Numbered from the stretch's first letter, positions 18,999-30,730 are shown. The stretch: 56,860 bases of DNA from an uncultured Chloroflexia bacterium (GCA_963726245.1 CAVSBT010000007.1:1-56860), one strand, 5' to 3'. The notes: generated by a model not told the origin, from the sequence alone. Translations and numbers: made by a program.

Positions 18999-19847
18999 TT
19001 AATCGGGCGCAGGTGACGAGAAGGAGTAGCGGAGGAAGAGGTGGCTTTCGCCGCGTCTGACCGCGACAAGCTCTCCCCAGAGAGGATCGTCCGGGGCGAA
19101 ACTCCTTCCGGAGACCAGCCCGGGCCGCTCGGTTGAGCCGTCGCGACCCGCGATCTGGGGCGCGAGCGTCAGAAACAGCTCATCCAGGCGTCGCTCGGCC
19201 AGGAAGTCGCCCATCAAGTGCGGACCGCCTTCGACAAGGACGAGACTACTCTCGCGGACAGACCGGGCGGCGCTCAGGACTGCTTCAGCGCCCACAGGCC
19301 CCCCTTCCGCCACCGCAGCGATCTTCACGAATGGCGGCATGGGCCGCATCCGCTCGGCGCCGCGCGCAGTGGTGACAACCAGCACAGGCACCTCCCCGGT
19401 TCGCAACACCCGGAACTCGGGGTCGAGCTCACCGCTCGCGCTGACGATGACGTTGAGCGGCGGTCCCCGCTTGTTCAAGCCGGCCCTAAGCCGCCCGTAT
19501 TCGTCTGCCAGGGGAGAGTAGATGTATTCCGCCGTCCACAGGTGCCCGGGCACCGACCGGAGGGTGCCGGCGCCGACCACCACGACATCCGAGACAGCCC
19601 GCAGCAAGCCCATCACCATCTTGTCGTGCTGGTTGAAGCCGCTGATGTCGCCGCCGGCCTCGTGGCCGGGCGAGTTCAGCGATACCACGCCGTCCAAGGT
19701 GGAGACGAAGTTGCCGATGACGTGAGGCCGCCCGGCATGGGACGGGAATCGGAGGGGTCCGTAGAGGCTCGCCAGCGCTGGGGGCAACGGGATGTCGCCG
19801 CCCTGTGCCGCATCGTAGAGCACCTCCAGCGGCGCCGGGTGGGTCAT
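18999..19847 (-). CDS. RibD C-terminal/dihydrofolate reductase family protein
   Basis: STLDG, LRAVSDVVVVGAGT, VEGGPHL, DELFLTLAPQIAG. Confidence 0.85.
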   Translation of the reverse strand: MTHPAPLEVLYDAAQGGDIPLPPALASLYGPLRFPSHAGRPHVIGNFVSTLDGVVSLNSPGHEAGGDISGFNQHDKMVMGLLRAVSDVVVVGAGTLRSVPGHLWTAEYIYSPLADEYGRLRAGLNKRGPPLNVIVSASGELDPEFRVLRTGEVPVLVVTTARGAERMRPMPPFVKIAAVAEGGPVGAEAVLSAARSVRESSLVLVEGGPHLMGDFLAERRLDELFLTLAPQIAGRDGSTERPGLVSGRSFAPDDPLWGELVAVRRGESHLFLRYSFSSPAPD

Positions 19848-20491
19848 CGCCTCAGTCCACACGCCTCCAGGAACTCAGAACGGAGCGCCGGATCGCTGTC
19901 GTAGGAACCGCGCCAGAATGTCGTGCGCGTGATCGGCGAGTCCTCCTGCACGCCTCGCATCTGCGTGCAGAGGTGTCGAGCCTCCATGTAGACCGCGACG
20001 CCGTGGGGCTGCAGCATCGCCTGCAGCCCGTCCGCGATCTGCTGGCCGATTCTCTCCTGGACAGTGAATCGCCGGGCGAATAGCCGCACGAGCCGGGTGA
20101 GTTTGGAGATGCCGATGATGTGCTCGTGCGCGATGTATCCGACGTAGGCGTCCCCGAAGAACGGCAGGACATGATGCTCGCACAGGGCGTAGAAGTGGAT
20201 GGGCCCTTCGATGACCTGGCTGGAATGGCAGTCCGGCCCGGCGCGGCATTCGGTGTCAAAGACCTTTATGAGGTTCGGGTCGCCCTCGTAGCCTTCGGTG
20301 GCATCGAACAGCGCCTGGATGAACCGGCGCGGCGTATCCTCGGTTGCGGGGGTGTTGAGGTCCAGTCCGAAGGCGGTGAGGATTTCGGCGACGTAGCGTT
20401 CGAACTGGCGCGTCTGCTCTTCGGAGGGTGCTCGGGGGTGCAGCCCCGCCGCAGTTCGGAACTCCAGGGACCCGGGGCTGGTATCAAGCAA
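19844..20491 (-). CDS. folE: GTP cyclohydrolase I
   Basis: DTPRR, ALCEHHVLPFFG, GISKLTRLV, QERI, HLCTQMRG. Confidence 0.93.
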   Translation of the reverse strand: MLDTSPGSLEFRTAAGLHPRAPSEEQTRQFERYVAEILTAFGLDLNTPATEDTPRRFIQALFDATEGYEGDPNLIKVFDTECRAGPDCHSSQVIEGPIHFYALCEHHVLPFFGDAYVGYIAHEHIIGISKLTRLVRLFARRFTVQERIGQQIADGLQAMLQPHGVAVYMEARHLCTQMRGVQEDSPITRTTFWRGSYDSDPALRSEFLEACGLRR

Positions 20492-20527
20492 GAACTTATC
20501 CCCAGCAGGGATGTCCCTCTCAGAATC

Positions 20528-21727
20528 TCATTTACTCCCCTCCGGCAGCCGGCCTTTGAGGTTCTGGGCGCGAAACGGCCCCGGCTCGCCAATCAGCCGC
20601 CTCGCCGCGTCGACTTGTCCCCACACGTTCCAGAGCAGCACGCCGCGCACGCGCCCGTCGCGCAAATAGTAGATCACTCCCTCGTCGTACGGCTCTTTCC
20701 AGTCTTGTACGGTCTCCAGGCGCGGGTCCAGCTCCCCGACGGCTTCGTAGCCCAGCTCAAACAGGTCGGAGTAGAAGAACGGCAGGTGGTCGTAGCGCTC
20801 CGGCGCGCCCGCCATATTGCGGCCCGCCGTCCGCCCCATTGTCGTGGCGTTGTCCTCGTGCTCCACGCGGCGCTTTCCGAGGGCCGGGTTCGCGAAGTAG
20901 GCCACGTCGCCCGCTGCGAAGATGTCCGGCCGGCTCGTGCGCAGGAACTCGTCGACGACAATGCCGTTCTCCACCTCCAGGCCGGCCTTCTGCGCCAGCC
21001 CGATGTTGGGCTCGATTCCAAGGCCTGCCACGACGCCATCGACCAGGACTTCGTGCTCGTCCCCGTCCTTCAGGCCGCGCACCTTCAAGCGGAACCGGCC
21101 TCGCTGCTCCTCAACGCCGCTGGCCGTTGCTCCGGTTAGAAGCGTGACGCCCTTCTTGCGATAGTAGTCGTTGATGAACTCGGTGAGTTCGCGGGGAAAG
21201 ACGCGCGAGCCTATGCTCTCCTCCGGGAACACCATCACCACCTCTTTGCCGTTCATGGCCAGGGCGGCAGCGATCTCGGAGCCGATAAAGCCGCCTCCGA
21301 TGACGGCGAAGCGACTGCCGTGCTCGGCGCTGTCGCGCAGACGTCGGTAGTCCTCGACCGTCCGGAAGCAGTTGACGCTGTCATCTCCGAAAGGCAGGCG
21401 TCGCGGCGTCCCGCCGGTGGCCAGTAGCAGTCTCTCGTAGGTGTACTCTGACCCCTGATCGTCGACCACCCGCTTGATTGCCACGTCGACGGCCTGCACC
21501 GTGCGCCCAAGATGCAGCTCCGCTCCCAGAGCGTCTGTCTTGCACCAGATGCTCTCGAGCTTCTTATCCTTCCACAATCCTTTGGAGAGCGGAGGCCGTT
21601 TGTAGGGCGGATCCGATTCGGCGCTGATCAGCGCGATCGATCCGTTCGCGTCTACCTCGCGGATGCCACGGACGGCCGCATCGCCGGTCATGCCGCCGCC
21701 GATCAACAGGTACTTGTAGTGCGCCAC
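20528..21727 (-). CDS. FAD-dependent pyridine nucleotide oxidoreductase (ferredoxin reductase-like)
   Basis: LIGGG, PYKRPPLSK, LLATG, VIGGGFIGSE, IFAAGDVA, PFFYSD. Confidence 0.9.
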   Translation of the reverse strand: MAHYKYLLIGGGMTGDAAVRGIREVDANGSIALISAESDPPYKRPPLSKGLWKDKKLESIWCKTDALGAELHLGRTVQAVDVAIKRVVDDQGSEYTYERLLLATGGTPRRLPFGDDSVNCFRTVEDYRRLRDSAEHGSRFAVIGGGFIGSEIAAALAMNGKEVVMVFPEESIGSRVFPRELTEFINDYYRKKGVTLLTGATASGVEEQRGRFRLKVRGLKDGDEHEVLVDGVVAGLGIEPNIGLAQKAGLEVENGIVVDEFLRTSRPDIFAAGDVAYFANPALGKRRVEHEDNATTMGRTAGRNMAGAPERYDHLPFFYSDLFELGYEAVGELDPRLETVQDWKEPYDEGVIYYLRDGRVRGVLLWNVWGQVDAARRLIGEPGPFRAQNLKGRLPEGSK

Positions 21728-21919
21728 TCGCGCTCTCCCCCATTTGGTTTGCGGGCGCCTTATCTTCTCGCGCCGCTCGGCCGCGCAGCCGATGCCTGCT
21801 TCCATCATTTTACACCTCACAAGCTCCGCCTTGACCGTTCTGAGGACGCCACCTAACCTGTGATCACCAGACGCAGATTCGATTCGCAGCTTCCGCGTCT
21901 AGAAAGGGGTTACCGACCC

Positions 21920-23098
21920 ATGGAAGAGATTGTTCTCGTCAGTGGAGCCCGGAGCGCCATCGGCAGGCTCGGCGGCGCCTTCCAGAACTTCCCTGCCTCC
22001 GACCTGGCAGCCGCCGTCATGAAGGCCGCCGTCGAGAGGGCAGGGGTGAAGCCGGAGCAGGTGGACCAGGTGATCCTGGGCTGCGTCGGCCAGGTCATGG
22101 AGGACGGCTACATCTCGCGCCACGCCGCCGTAAAGGCCGGCCTACCCATCGAGGTGCCGGCCTACACCGTCAACCGCATCTGCGGCAGCGGCCTGGAGGC
22201 GATCAACACCGCCGCTCGCTGGATCGAGTGCGGCGACGCCGAGGTCGTGGTCGCCGGCGGCGTCGAGAACATGACGATGATGCCTTACTACGTCCGCAAC
22301 GCCCGCTACGGCTACCGCCTGGGCCACGGACAGCTCGAGGACGGCGTCCAGCACCTGCTGGGCGACCCCTTCGACAAGGTGCACATGGGGATCACCGCCG
22401 AGAACCTGGCCGAGAAGTTCAACATCAGCCGCGAGATGCAGGACGAGGTCGCCCTGCGCAGCCAGCAGCGGGCGGTGGCGGCCATACAGGCCGGCAGGTT
22501 CAAGGACGAGATCGTGCCCATCGAGGTGAAGGTGGGACGGGAGACGAAGGTCATCGACACCGATGAGCACCCGCGCGCCGACAGCACGGCGGAGGCGCTG
22601 GCCAAGCTGCGGCCGGCCTTCAAGGAGGGCGGCAGTGTGACGGCCGGCAACGCCAGCGGCGTCAACGACGGCGCCGCCGCCGTCGTCGTGGCCAGCCGTC
22701 GCCGGGCCGAGGAGCTGGGATTGCGGCCCCGCCTGCGCCTGGTCGCCCGCGCCGAGGCCGGCGTCGAGCCGTCCATCATGGGCAGCGGCCCCATCCCGGC
22801 CGTGCGCAAGGTCATGAAGAAGGCAGGCCTCAGCCTGGACCAGATGGACGTCATCGAGCTGAACGAGGCCTTCGCCGCGGTGGCGGCGGCCTGCTCGCAG
22901 GAGCTGGGGCTGGACGTCGAGCGCACCAACCCCAACGGCGGCGCGGTCGCCCTGGGGCACCCTCTAGGCGCAACCGGCGCCATCCTCGCCGTCAAGCTCA
23001 TGTACGAGCTCGAGCGACGACAGGCCCGCTACGGCCTCGTCAGCCTCTGCATCGGCGGCGGCCAGGGCATCGCGACGATCTTCGAAAGGGTTGGGTAG
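21920..23098 (+). CDS. Acetyl-CoA C-acyltransferase (thiolase)
   Basis: NRICGSG, TAGNASGVNDGA, NEAFA, GHPLGATG, LCIGGGQG. Confidence 0.95.
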   Translation: MEEIVLVSGARSAIGRLGGAFQNFPASDLAAAVMKAAVERAGVKPEQVDQVILGCVGQVMEDGYISRHAAVKAGLPIEVPAYTVNRICGSGLEAINTAARWIECGDAEVVVAGGVENMTMMPYYVRNARYGYRLGHGQLEDGVQHLLGDPFDKVHMGITAENLAEKFNISREMQDEVALRSQQRAVAAIQAGRFKDEIVPIEVKVGRETKVIDTDEHPRADSTAEALAKLRPAFKEGGSVTAGNASGVNDGAAAVVVASRRRAEELGLRPRLRLVARAEAGVEPSIMGSGPIPAVRKVMKKAGLSLDQMDVIELNEAFAAVAAACSQELGLDVERTNPNGGAVALGHPLGATGAILAVKLMYELERRQARYGLVSLCIGGGQGIATIFERVG

Positions 23099-23173
23099 GG
23101 CGCGGGAGCGCTGGGGCGCTAGAACAGTGAAGCAATGGAACAGTGGAACGTGCCTGGGTTGTGGGGCGCGGCC

Positions 23174-23199
23174 GTAGGGGCGTAGCTTTAGCTGCGCCC
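23174..23199. repeat. GTAG-type REP-like palindrome
   Basis: GTAGGGGCGTAGCTTTAGCTGCGCCC between convergent genes. Confidence 0.6.
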
Positions 23200-23221
23200 G
23201 CCTCGCCCTGTTCCACGCCCC

Positions 23222-24318
23222 CTACCCCACCTGCCGCCTCAGCGTCAGCGACGCTATCACCACGAAGAAGGCGGCGAAGCCCACCAGGGCCAGGAAGTTG
23301 ACGGCTACGCCCCCGTCCAGCAGCCCGCGACCGCGGACCATGACGTCGCGCAGCGCCTCGTTGGAGTAGGTGAGGGGCAGAACGTGGGCCACGCCCTGGA
23401 GCCAGCGGGGGAAGCTGTCGACGGGCCAGATGACGCCGCTCAGCAGCCCCTGCGGCACGATGACGATGGGTATGAACTGCACGGCCTGTAGCTCCGTGCG
23501 GGCGAAGGTGGAGAGGAAGATGCCCAGGTTCGCCGCGCCCACCGTCACCGCCACGACCAGCAGCAGGACCAGTGCCAGGTTGCCCGCGTTCTCCACCCGC
23601 AGCACGAAGAGCGTCACCATCAGTATCACCGCCGCCTGAAGCACGGCGAAGATGCCGAATCCGGCCACATAGCCCAGCACCAGCTCGGCGCGGGTGGTGG
23701 GCGTCACCATCAGGCGTTCCAGGGTGCCGGCGGTGCGCTCCCGCAGGAAGCTGACGGCGGTGAGGAGGAAGACGAAGAGGAAGGCGAAGAAGCCGATGAG
23801 CGGCGGCGCCTGGTAGTCGATGGTCTCGAAGTCCGGCCCGCCGTAGTAGTAGGTGACGGGCAGCTCGCTCGCCGCGGGCGAGGCCTGGGGCAGCGTCGAA
23901 GCCGTCGACACGGCCAGCGACGCCTGCTGCGCGATGCGCAGGATAGCCTTGCTTCGCTGCGGATTCGAGCCTTCCAGCAGGACGGACACGCCCGCCCCTT
24001 GGGCCGCCGGCGCGATAACGATGGCGCCGTCCAGCTTGTCGCTCTTCACCTCTGCCTCCGCCTCGGCCCGCGACACGTAGTGCGCGGTGACGCCGGCCCC
24101 GGACAGGGTCTGGCCGAGCGACTCGAGGGCGGGGCCGCCGCGCCGCCTGTTTCGTCGACGAGGCCCAGCCTGATGCCGCCGGAGCTGGTGCGCAGCAGGT
24201 AGCCCACGAGCAGGATGACGATGGTGGGGACGGCGAAGAGGAGGACCAGGGTGCGCAAGTCGCGGCGGAACTGCCGCACGATGCGCAACGTCACGGCCCA
24301 GGTGCGGGCGGCGCTCAT
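23222..24318 (-). CDS. ABC-2 type exporter permease, frameshifted near 24080-24140
   Basis: RQFRRDLRTLVLLFAVP N-terminus; LRERTAGTLERLMVTP, LSGVIWP, PLTY. Confidence 0.85.
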
Positions 24319-25035
24319 GCCCCGTCCCCCGCGAAGGCCAGGAACGCCTCCTCCAGCGTCGTAGTGCCGGCCCGCGTGCGCAACTCGGCCGCCGCGCCCT
24401 CGGCCAGCAGGCGGCCGTCGCGCATGAGGATGAGGCGGTGGCAGCGCTCGGCCTCGTCCATGACGTGGCTCGTGAGGATGATGGTGACCCCTTCCTCGTT
24501 CAGGCGGTGGAAGTAAGCCCAGAAGGCGGCCCGCAGCCGCGGGTCCACGCCCACCGTGGGCTCGTCGAGCAGCAGGAGTCGGGGCCGGTGGACCAGGGCG
24601 CAGGCCAGGGACGTGCGCTGCCGCATGCCGCCGCTGAACGTCGAAACCGGGCTGTCCGCGCGGTCGGCCAGCTCGACCAGGGCCAGCGTCTCATCGACGG
24701 CCGCTCGGGAGTGGACGCCGTAGAGGCTGGCGAAGAAGGAGACGTTCTCGCGGGCGGTGAGCTCCAGGTAGAGGGCGGGCAACTGCGGCATGTAGCCGAC
24801 GACCGCCGCCGTCACCGGCGAGGGAACGGGCCGCCCCAGGACGACGGCGCGGCCCTCCCGAGGGGCGCAGGACGCCCAGGAGGAGGCGGATGAGGGTGGT
24901 CTTGCCGCAGCCGCCGGGCCCCAGCAGCCCGTAGGTCTGGCCCGGCGCCACCGAGAACGACACGTCGCGCAGGGCGTCGATGCGGCCGAAGCGCTTGCTC
25001 AACCCCTCGACCGTGACGGCTGGCTCCACAGCCAC
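24315..25035 (-). CDS. ABC transporter ATP-binding protein, frameshifted near 24850
   Basis: [33 protein letters not shown]. Confidence 0.9.
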
Positions 25036-25682
25036 TACCTTCGCTCCAGGAGAGGCTCCACCCTCCGCCAGACCTCATTCGTCAAGTCATCCAGAGGCCG
25101 GCGGGCGTCGAGGACGGCCCAGCGGCGCGGCTCCGCCCCGGCCAGGGCCAGGTAGCCCCGCCGCACCCGCTCGTGGAAGGCCGCCGTCTCGCGGCCGATG
25201 GCGTCGCGGTCGTTGCCGGCCTTGCCCTGCCGGGCCAGGCCCTCCTCGACAGGCAGGTCGAGCAAGAGAATGAGGTCGGGCCGGATGCCTTTGGTGGCGA
25301 GGCGGTTCAGACGCTGGAGGAGGCGCACGTCGAGGCCACGGCCGTAGCCCTGATAGGCGACGGTAGAGTCGGCGAAGCGGTCGCAGACGACGATGCGCCC
25401 CGCCTCGAGGGCGGGCGCGATGACGCACGCCGTGTGGTCGCTGCGGGCGGCGAGGAAGAGGAAGAGCTCGGTATAGGGGTCGATGCCGCCGCGGGCTATA
25501 CCTTCCCAGGCCAGCCGTCCGGCCTCCGTTCCCGCCGGCTCGCGGGTGAGGGTGACAGGGTGGCCGGCCGCCTCGAGGCGCTGGGCCAGGAGGCGGGCCA
25601 GGGTCGTCTTGCCGGACCCTTCGCCGCCCTCGAAGGTGATGAGGAGGCCTATTGCGTGTCGGCGGCCGCCTCGAGAGGTCAT
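25035..25682 (-). CDS. tmk: Thymidylate kinase
   Basis: [30 protein letters not shown]. Confidence 0.95.
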   Translation of the reverse strand: MTSRGGRRHAIGLLITFEGGEGSGKTTLARLLAQRLEAAGHPVTLTREPAGTEAGRLAWEGIARGGIDPYTELFLFLAARSDHTACVIAPALEAGRIVVCDRFADSTVAYQGYGRGLDVRLLQRLNRLATKGIRPDLILLLDLPVEEGLARQGKAGNDRDAIGRETAAFHERVRRGYLALAGAEPRRWAVLDARRPLDDLTNEVWRRVEPLLERR

Positions 25683-25688
25683 GCGCCC

Positions 25689-27242
25689 TCAGCCCTCGAA
25701 CGCGTGGCCCACCGCGTGGCCCACTGCGTCGCCCGGCAGGATGCGCACCCGGCGGAGCGGCTCGCGGCCGCGGCTGCGGGAGGTGAGGTTGTAGCGCTGG
25801 GCCATCTGGTGCTGGAGGCGGCGGATGTAGGCGTTCTGAGGTGATAGCTCCACCGGCCCGTCGCCCGCGATCACCTGTCCAATGGCCTCCTCGGCCTCTC
25901 TCAGGGCCGCGGTGATGGGGTCCAGGCTGCGACCGTCTCTCTCCCACATGGAGAGGAGGCACTGCTCCATGTGGGACAGGCTGTTCGTCTTCAGGACGTA
26001 GATAGGGACGCCCCGCGACTCAGCGTCCCGCAGAGTCCGCGGCTTGCGCCGGTAGTAGCTGCGCAGCGTGAGCACCGTGTCGGCCTCATCCAGCGTGTCG
26101 CTGATCGTGACAGGAGAGGCGGTCATGCGCACTGCCTGCTCCAGGCGCCCGCGGGAGACGCCGAAGGGGTAAACCCGCCGGGTCGTCCCCTCGATGGGCG
26201 GCCCGCGGCGCTGGAGGCCCCGCTTCTCGCTGGCCAGCTCCCGGCTCGAGACAGAACGGATCTCTCCCTGCTCATCCACCTCGCGGACCTCGGCCGGCAT
26301 CTCATAGCCGCGGAGGATGGCGTCCACCGTCTCCGCCACGTCGGTGTGGATGGCGACGCGGTCCCAGGTCTGGATCTCGACCACCACGTCGAACGTTGGG
26401 GGCGCCTTGCGCTCGAGGATCGACTTCTGGGTACCGCGCCGGCGGGCCTCTTCGTCGCCCAGGGTCACCGACTGGATGCCGCCCACGAGGTCGGCCAGGG
26501 TAGGGTTCATCATCAGGTTCTCGAGTGTGTTGCCGTGGGCGGTGGCCACGAGCTGAACGCCGCGCTCGGCGATGGTGCGGGCGGCCGCCGCCTCCAGCTC
26601 CGTCCCCATCTCGTCGATGACAATGACCTCCGGCATGTGGTTCTCCACCCCCTCGATCATGACGGCGTGCTGGAGGGTGGGCGTCACCACCTGCATGCGG
26701 CGGGCGGTGCCGATGGCCGGGTGGGGGACATCGCCGTCGCCGGCGATCTCGTTCGAGGTGTCGACGATGATGACCCGCTTGTTCATGTCATCGGCCAGGA
26801 CGCGGGCCACCTCGCGGAGCATGGTGGTCTTGCCGACGCCGGGCCGGCCCAGGAGGAGAATGCTCTTGCCGGTGCGGATGAGGTCTTCAATGACGCGGAT
26901 GGTGCCGAAGACGGCCCGCCCCACGCGCAGCGTAAGGCCGACGATGCGCCCTCGACGGTTGCGTATGCAGGAGATGCGGTGAAGGGTGCGCTCGATGCCG
27001 GCGCGGTTGTCGTCGCCGAATTCGCCGATGCGCGAGACGACGTACTCCAGGTCGGCCTCCGTTACCTCGGCTTCCGCCAGGAGCAACTCGCGGCCGGGGT
27101 AGCGCGCCTCAGGCAGGCGACCCAGGTCCATGACGACCTCCAGGAGCTCGTGGCGGTCATCGCGGTTCGACAGGGGCTCGCGGATGTGTGGCGGCAGCAC
27201 GTCCAGCAGGGCGTCCAGGTCGTCAGTGATCTCCTTCTGCAA
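25689..27242 (-). CDS. SpoIIIAA/Ycf45-like AAA ATPase with C-terminal R3H domain
   Basis: [31 protein letters not shown]. Confidence 0.9.
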   Translation of the reverse strand: MQKEITDDLDALLDVLPPHIREPLSNRDDRHELLEVVMDLGRLPEARYPGRELLLAEAEVTEADLEYVVSRIGEFGDDNRAGIERTLHRISCIRNRRGRIVGLTLRVGRAVFGTIRVIEDLIRTGKSILLLGRPGVGKTTMLREVARVLADDMNKRVIIVDTSNEIAGDGDVPHPAIGTARRMQVVTPTLQHAVMIEGVENHMPEVIVIDEMGTELEAAAARTIAERGVQLVATAHGNTLENLMMNPTLADLVGGIQSVTLGDEEARRRGTQKSILERKAPPTFDVVVEIQTWDRVAIHTDVAETVDAILRGYEMPAEVREVDEQGEIRSVSSRELASEKRGLQRRGPPIEGTTRRVYPFGVSRGRLEQAVRMTASPVTISDTLDEADTVLTLRSYYRRKPRTLRDAESRGVPIYVLKTNSLSHMEQCLLSMWERDGRSLDPITAALREAEEAIGQVIAGDGPVELSPQNAYIRRLQHQMAQRYNLTSRSRGREPLRRVRILPGDAVGHAVGHAFEG

Positions 27243-27255
27243 TCAGTTACTCCGC

Positions 27256-28233
27256 TCAGGTGACTACGGGAGTCTGCAGGTTGGCGGCCAGGCGGGTCGC
27301 CTTCACCAGCGCCACCGTGCGCTTGGCCATCACCACGTACTCGTTCTGACTCTCGAACCCCATCTTCTCGAGTAGACGCGCCAGGGGCTCCTGGTACTCC
27401 GGCACCAGCCCCAGCAGAATACCCTGACCGGAGAGACGCGCCAGGGCCGCCATGAGCAGCGGCTCGAGCACGTCCGGCTCCCGCGGGTGCGCCAGCACGT
27501 CGAAGCGGCCGATGTCGCCGTCGGCGGCGGCGCGGATCAAGGCGCCGAGGCGTCCGTCGCGCTCCAGGACAAGCTGAGCGGAGCGGCGGGTGAGCCAGTG
27601 GCGCTCCTGGGCGGCCAGCCACTCGGCGAAGGTCGCGGCCTCCACCCGCCGCACCGATTCCGGCACGGCGGCGTTGTAGAGCTGGAACAGCGCGTAGGCG
27701 TCGGCGCGCGAGCGACGCCGCAGCGGAAGCGTCGCGCCGGCCCGGCCCCGGCGGGTCCTGCCGTCCAGCCGTTCGGCGGGCACGGGCCCCTGGTGGCTGT
27801 ACAGCGTCTCGACGACGCAGGGCGTGAAGCCGGCTCGACGGGCGATAGGCACGACGTCGCTGTCTGTGGCCAGGCGCAAGAAGATCTTCTCGGCGCCGCC
27901 GCGTCCGGCCTGCTCCGAGACGCGATCCAGCAGGCTCAAGCAGACCGACTCCTCGTCCGCGGCGTTGATGAGGCAATCGATCTCCCAGGCGGCGTTCGAG
28001 GAGCGACGGCGAGCGGAGATGAGGCCGCGCAGGGTAGAGCCGCGAACGCTGATCGAAGTCTGGCGTCCGGTGGCGAAGAAGAACCACTGCTCCAGGGCGC
28101 TCTCCAGCGGGCTGGGCGACGACTCCTCGCGGCCCAGGCGGCCCCGCGTCTTGGCCTCGTTCGGGTAGACGCGCCCATCGAAAGAGACGAGGGCGACGAG
28201 GTCGGTGGGCCGGACGGTCCTAGCCGTGGTCAT
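27256..28233 (-). CDS. Hypothetical protein, probable tandem GNAT-like fold
   Basis: Two repeats ending RRAGF and EKMGF; lies within the pdx-tmk gene run. Confidence 0.6.
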   Translation of the reverse strand: MTTARTVRPTDLVALVSFDGRVYPNEAKTRGRLGREESSPSPLESALEQWFFFATGRQTSISVRGSTLRGLISARRRSSNAAWEIDCLINAADEESVCLSLLDRVSEQAGRGGAEKIFLRLATDSDVVPIARRAGFTPCVVETLYSHQGPVPAERLDGRTRRGRAGATLPLRRRSRADAYALFQLYNAAVPESVRRVEAATFAEWLAAQERHWLTRRSAQLVLERDGRLGALIRAAADGDIGRFDVLAHPREPDVLEPLLMAALARLSGQGILLGLVPEYQEPLARLLEKMGFESQNEYVVMAKRTVALVKATRLAANLQTPVVT

Positions 28234-29029
28234 GGCGTGCGTCTGGCGCCCCCTGTCTCTGTCCGTGCCTGAGCTGAAGGGTTTGTTGAGAGACACCCCT
28301 CGGGGGGGTCTGTCATTCTGAGTCCGCCAGCGGCGGGCGAAGAATCCGGTTTGGCCAGACTCTTCGCTTCGCTCAGAGTGACAGCGGACCGCGCCTCACG
28401 GGATACCTCCACCAGGTCCAGGAAGTACCGGTGCAACCGCGGGTCGTCGGTCAGCTCAGGATGGAAGGCGGTGGCCAGCAGGTGGCCCTGACGGGCAGCG
28501 ACAACGCTGCCGCCGTCGAGGCCGGCGCCGCCATTCCGTCCGGTGGCGGAGGCAGGAGCGGGCCCGGCGGCAGGCGCGCAAGGACCTCCACCCCCGACCC
28601 TACCCGGCGGATGATGGGCGCGCGGATGAAAACGGCCGGAAACGGCTCCTCACCGAGGGCCGGTATGGCTAGCGCGGCCTCGAAGCTGTCGACCTGGCGG
28701 CCGAAGGCATTGCGCTCCACGACGATGTCCATAACACCCAGACCGGGCAGTGGCATGTGGGACGCCTCGCGGGCAAGGACGATCATGCCCGCGCAGGTGC
28801 CCCAGACGGGCACCCCTTCCTGCGCCAGGCGGCGGATGGGCTCCAGGAGGGCGTATTCGGCCATCAGGAGCGTGAAGGTAGTGCTTTCGCCGCCGGGGAT
28901 GACCAGGCCGTCGAGGCCGTCGAGCTGCTCGGGCAGGCGCACCTCGTGCGCCTCAGCGCCGAGGCGGGAGAACATCGCGACGTGCTCGGCGAAGTCCCCC
29001 TGTAGGGCAAGGACGCCGATTCGGATCAT
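28230..29029 (-). CDS. pdxT: Pyridoxal 5'-phosphate synthase glutaminase subunit, frameshifted near 28510-28560; 3' end uncertain
   Basis: [38 protein letters not shown]; AFHPEL in a second frame. Confidence 0.9.
28311..28383. repeat. Nested-hairpin REP-like element
   Basis: TGTCATTCTGAG...GCGAAGAATC...GACTCTTCGC...CTCAGAGTGACA; remnant at about 47421-47441. Confidence 0.65.
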
Positions 29030-29037
29030 GTGCAGGC

Positions 29038-29955
29038 TTACCAGCCCCTGGGAGCCAGGAGCTCCTCCTTGGGGATGGTGGAGATGTCGAGGCCACGCAT
29101 GGGCTCGCCCAGGCCCCGAGAGGCCTCGGCGATGAGCTTGGGGTCGTTGTAGTGCGTGGTGGCCTTGACGATGGCGCGGGCGCGGCGCTCCGGGTCCTCG
29201 GACTTGAAGATGCCGGAGCCCACGAAGACGCCGTCGGCGCCCAACTGCATCATGAGGGCGGCGTCGGCGGGGGTAGCGACACCACCGGCAGCGAAGTTGA
29301 CCACCGGCAGGCGGCCACTCTCGTGCAGCTCGCACACCAGCTCGTAGGGCGCGCCCAGGGCTTTCGCTTCGGCCATAAGCTCCTCATCAGGCAGCGATTG
29401 CACGCGGCGGATGCCGTCCCAGACAGCCCGCATGTGGCGCACGGCCTCCACGATGTTGCCGGTGCCCGCTTCGCCCTTGGTGCGGATCATGGCCGCACCC
29501 TCGCCGATGCGGCGCAGCGCCTCGCCCAGGTCGCGGCAGCCGCAGACGAAGGGCACGTTGAAGCGGTGCTTGTTGATGTGGTGGGCTTCGTCAGCCGGTG
29601 TCAGCACCTCCGACTCATCGATGTAGTCGACGCCGAGGGCTTCCAGCACCTGAGCCTCCACGAAGTGGCCGATGCGGCACTTGGCCATGACGGGGATTGT
29701 CACCGCTTCCATGATCTCCATGATCTTGGTCGGGTCGGCCATGCGGGCCACGCCGCCGGCGGCCCGAATGTCGGCCGGGACGCGCTCCAGGGCCATGACG
29801 GCGCAGGCGCCGGCCTCCTCAGCGATGCGCGCATGCTCAGCCGTCACCACGTCCATGATGACGCCGCCCTTGAGCATCTGGGCAAGGCCCTTCTTGACGG
29901 TCCAGCCGCCGGTTTCAGGTCCGCTCCCGTCTGGAGCCACTTTCTCCTTGGTCAT
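29038..29955 (-). CDS. pdxS: Pyridoxal 5'-phosphate synthase lyase subunit
   Basis: [43 protein letters not shown]. Confidence 0.97.
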   Translation of the reverse strand: MTKEKVAPDGSGPETGGWTVKKGLAQMLKGGVIMDVVTAEHARIAEEAGACAVMALERVPADIRAAGGVARMADPTKIMEIMEAVTIPVMAKCRIGHFVEAQVLEALGVDYIDESEVLTPADEAHHINKHRFNVPFVCGCRDLGEALRRIGEGAAMIRTKGEAGTGNIVEAVRHMRAVWDGIRRVQSLPDEELMAEAKALGAPYELVCELHESGRLPVVNFAAGGVATPADAALMMQLGADGVFVGSGIFKSEDPERRARAIVKATTHYNDPKLIAEASRGLGEPMRGLDISTIPKEELLAPRGW

Positions 29956-30053
29956 GCCTGCCTCCGGGCCCCTAAGGGCCACCTTCCTCGCACGATCATT
30001 CTACTATCGACCCATTGGCCATTCAAGGAGTGAGCGCGCACGGCCGCTTTCTC

Positions 30054-30082
30054 TTGACAGTGGGACCCCACGCCCCTAGGAT
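30054..30082 (+). promoter_or_regulatory. Sigma70-type promoter for the usp-trkA-trkA-pheA-fpg run
   Basis: TTGACA-N17-TAGGAT. Confidence 0.65.
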
Positions 30083-30301
30083 GGCGCGGACTGGATTCCA
30101 AGGCCTGGCGGGGCCCCCTTGGGCGACGAGGCTCCCCGGCTCAGGTGGATGGCCCGATGGGGGACCACACTGATGGCTTCTGAAGGGCGCAACAATTATA
30201 ATGGCCATGCCTAAGACTGGCGTCTAACCGCACGGGGGACGGCGAGGTGAGTATCGTTGCCAGGTTGGATATCGTTGGGTTCGACAGACTCTACCTCCGG
30301 C

Positions 30302-30730
30302 ATGAAGATTATCATCGTGCCGACGGATGGCTCTCCCGCGAGCATGAAGGCCGTGGCGCTGGCGTGCAACATCGCCAAAAGGAACAAAGGCCGAGTATAC
30401 GTTGTACACGTCATCGAGGTTAAGCGCTCCCTGCCCCTGGATGCCGAGCTGGAGCCGGAAGCAGGCGAGGGCGAGCGAATCCTGCTCCAGGCGGAGAAGG
30501 TAGCGGGCGAGCGCGATTTTGAGGTGCGGACCGAGCTCTTGCAGGCCCGCGAGGCCGGCCACGCCGTCGTCGATGAAGCGGTGGAGCGCGGGGCAGATGC
30601 CATCATACTGGGCATGGATTATAAGCGCCCGTTCGGCGAATTCCAGCTCGGCCGTATGACCCAGTACGTGCTCAAGAACGCCCCCTGCCTGGTTTGGATC
30701 TGCCGGCATCCGGTCGAGGAGCATGAATAG
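30302..30730 (+). CDS. Universal stress protein
   Basis: IIVPTDGS, VVHV, ADAIILG, GRMTQYVLKNAPCLVW. Confidence 0.9.
   Translation: MKIIIVPTDGSPASMKAVALACNIAKRNKGRVYVVHVIEVKRSLPLDAELEPEAGEGERILLQAEKVAGERDFEVRTELLQAREAGHAVVDEAVERGADAIILGMDYKRPFGEFQLGRMTQYVLKNAPCLVWICRHPVEEHE

Noticed and set aside
23122-23152. Short GAACAGTG-like 8-bp tandem repeats
   Set aside because: Only about four degenerate units between convergent genes; no assignable function.
30085-30300. c-di-AMP riboswitch before usp-trkA
   Set aside because: Context fits but consensus motifs were not recognisable; kept only as an unexplained leader.
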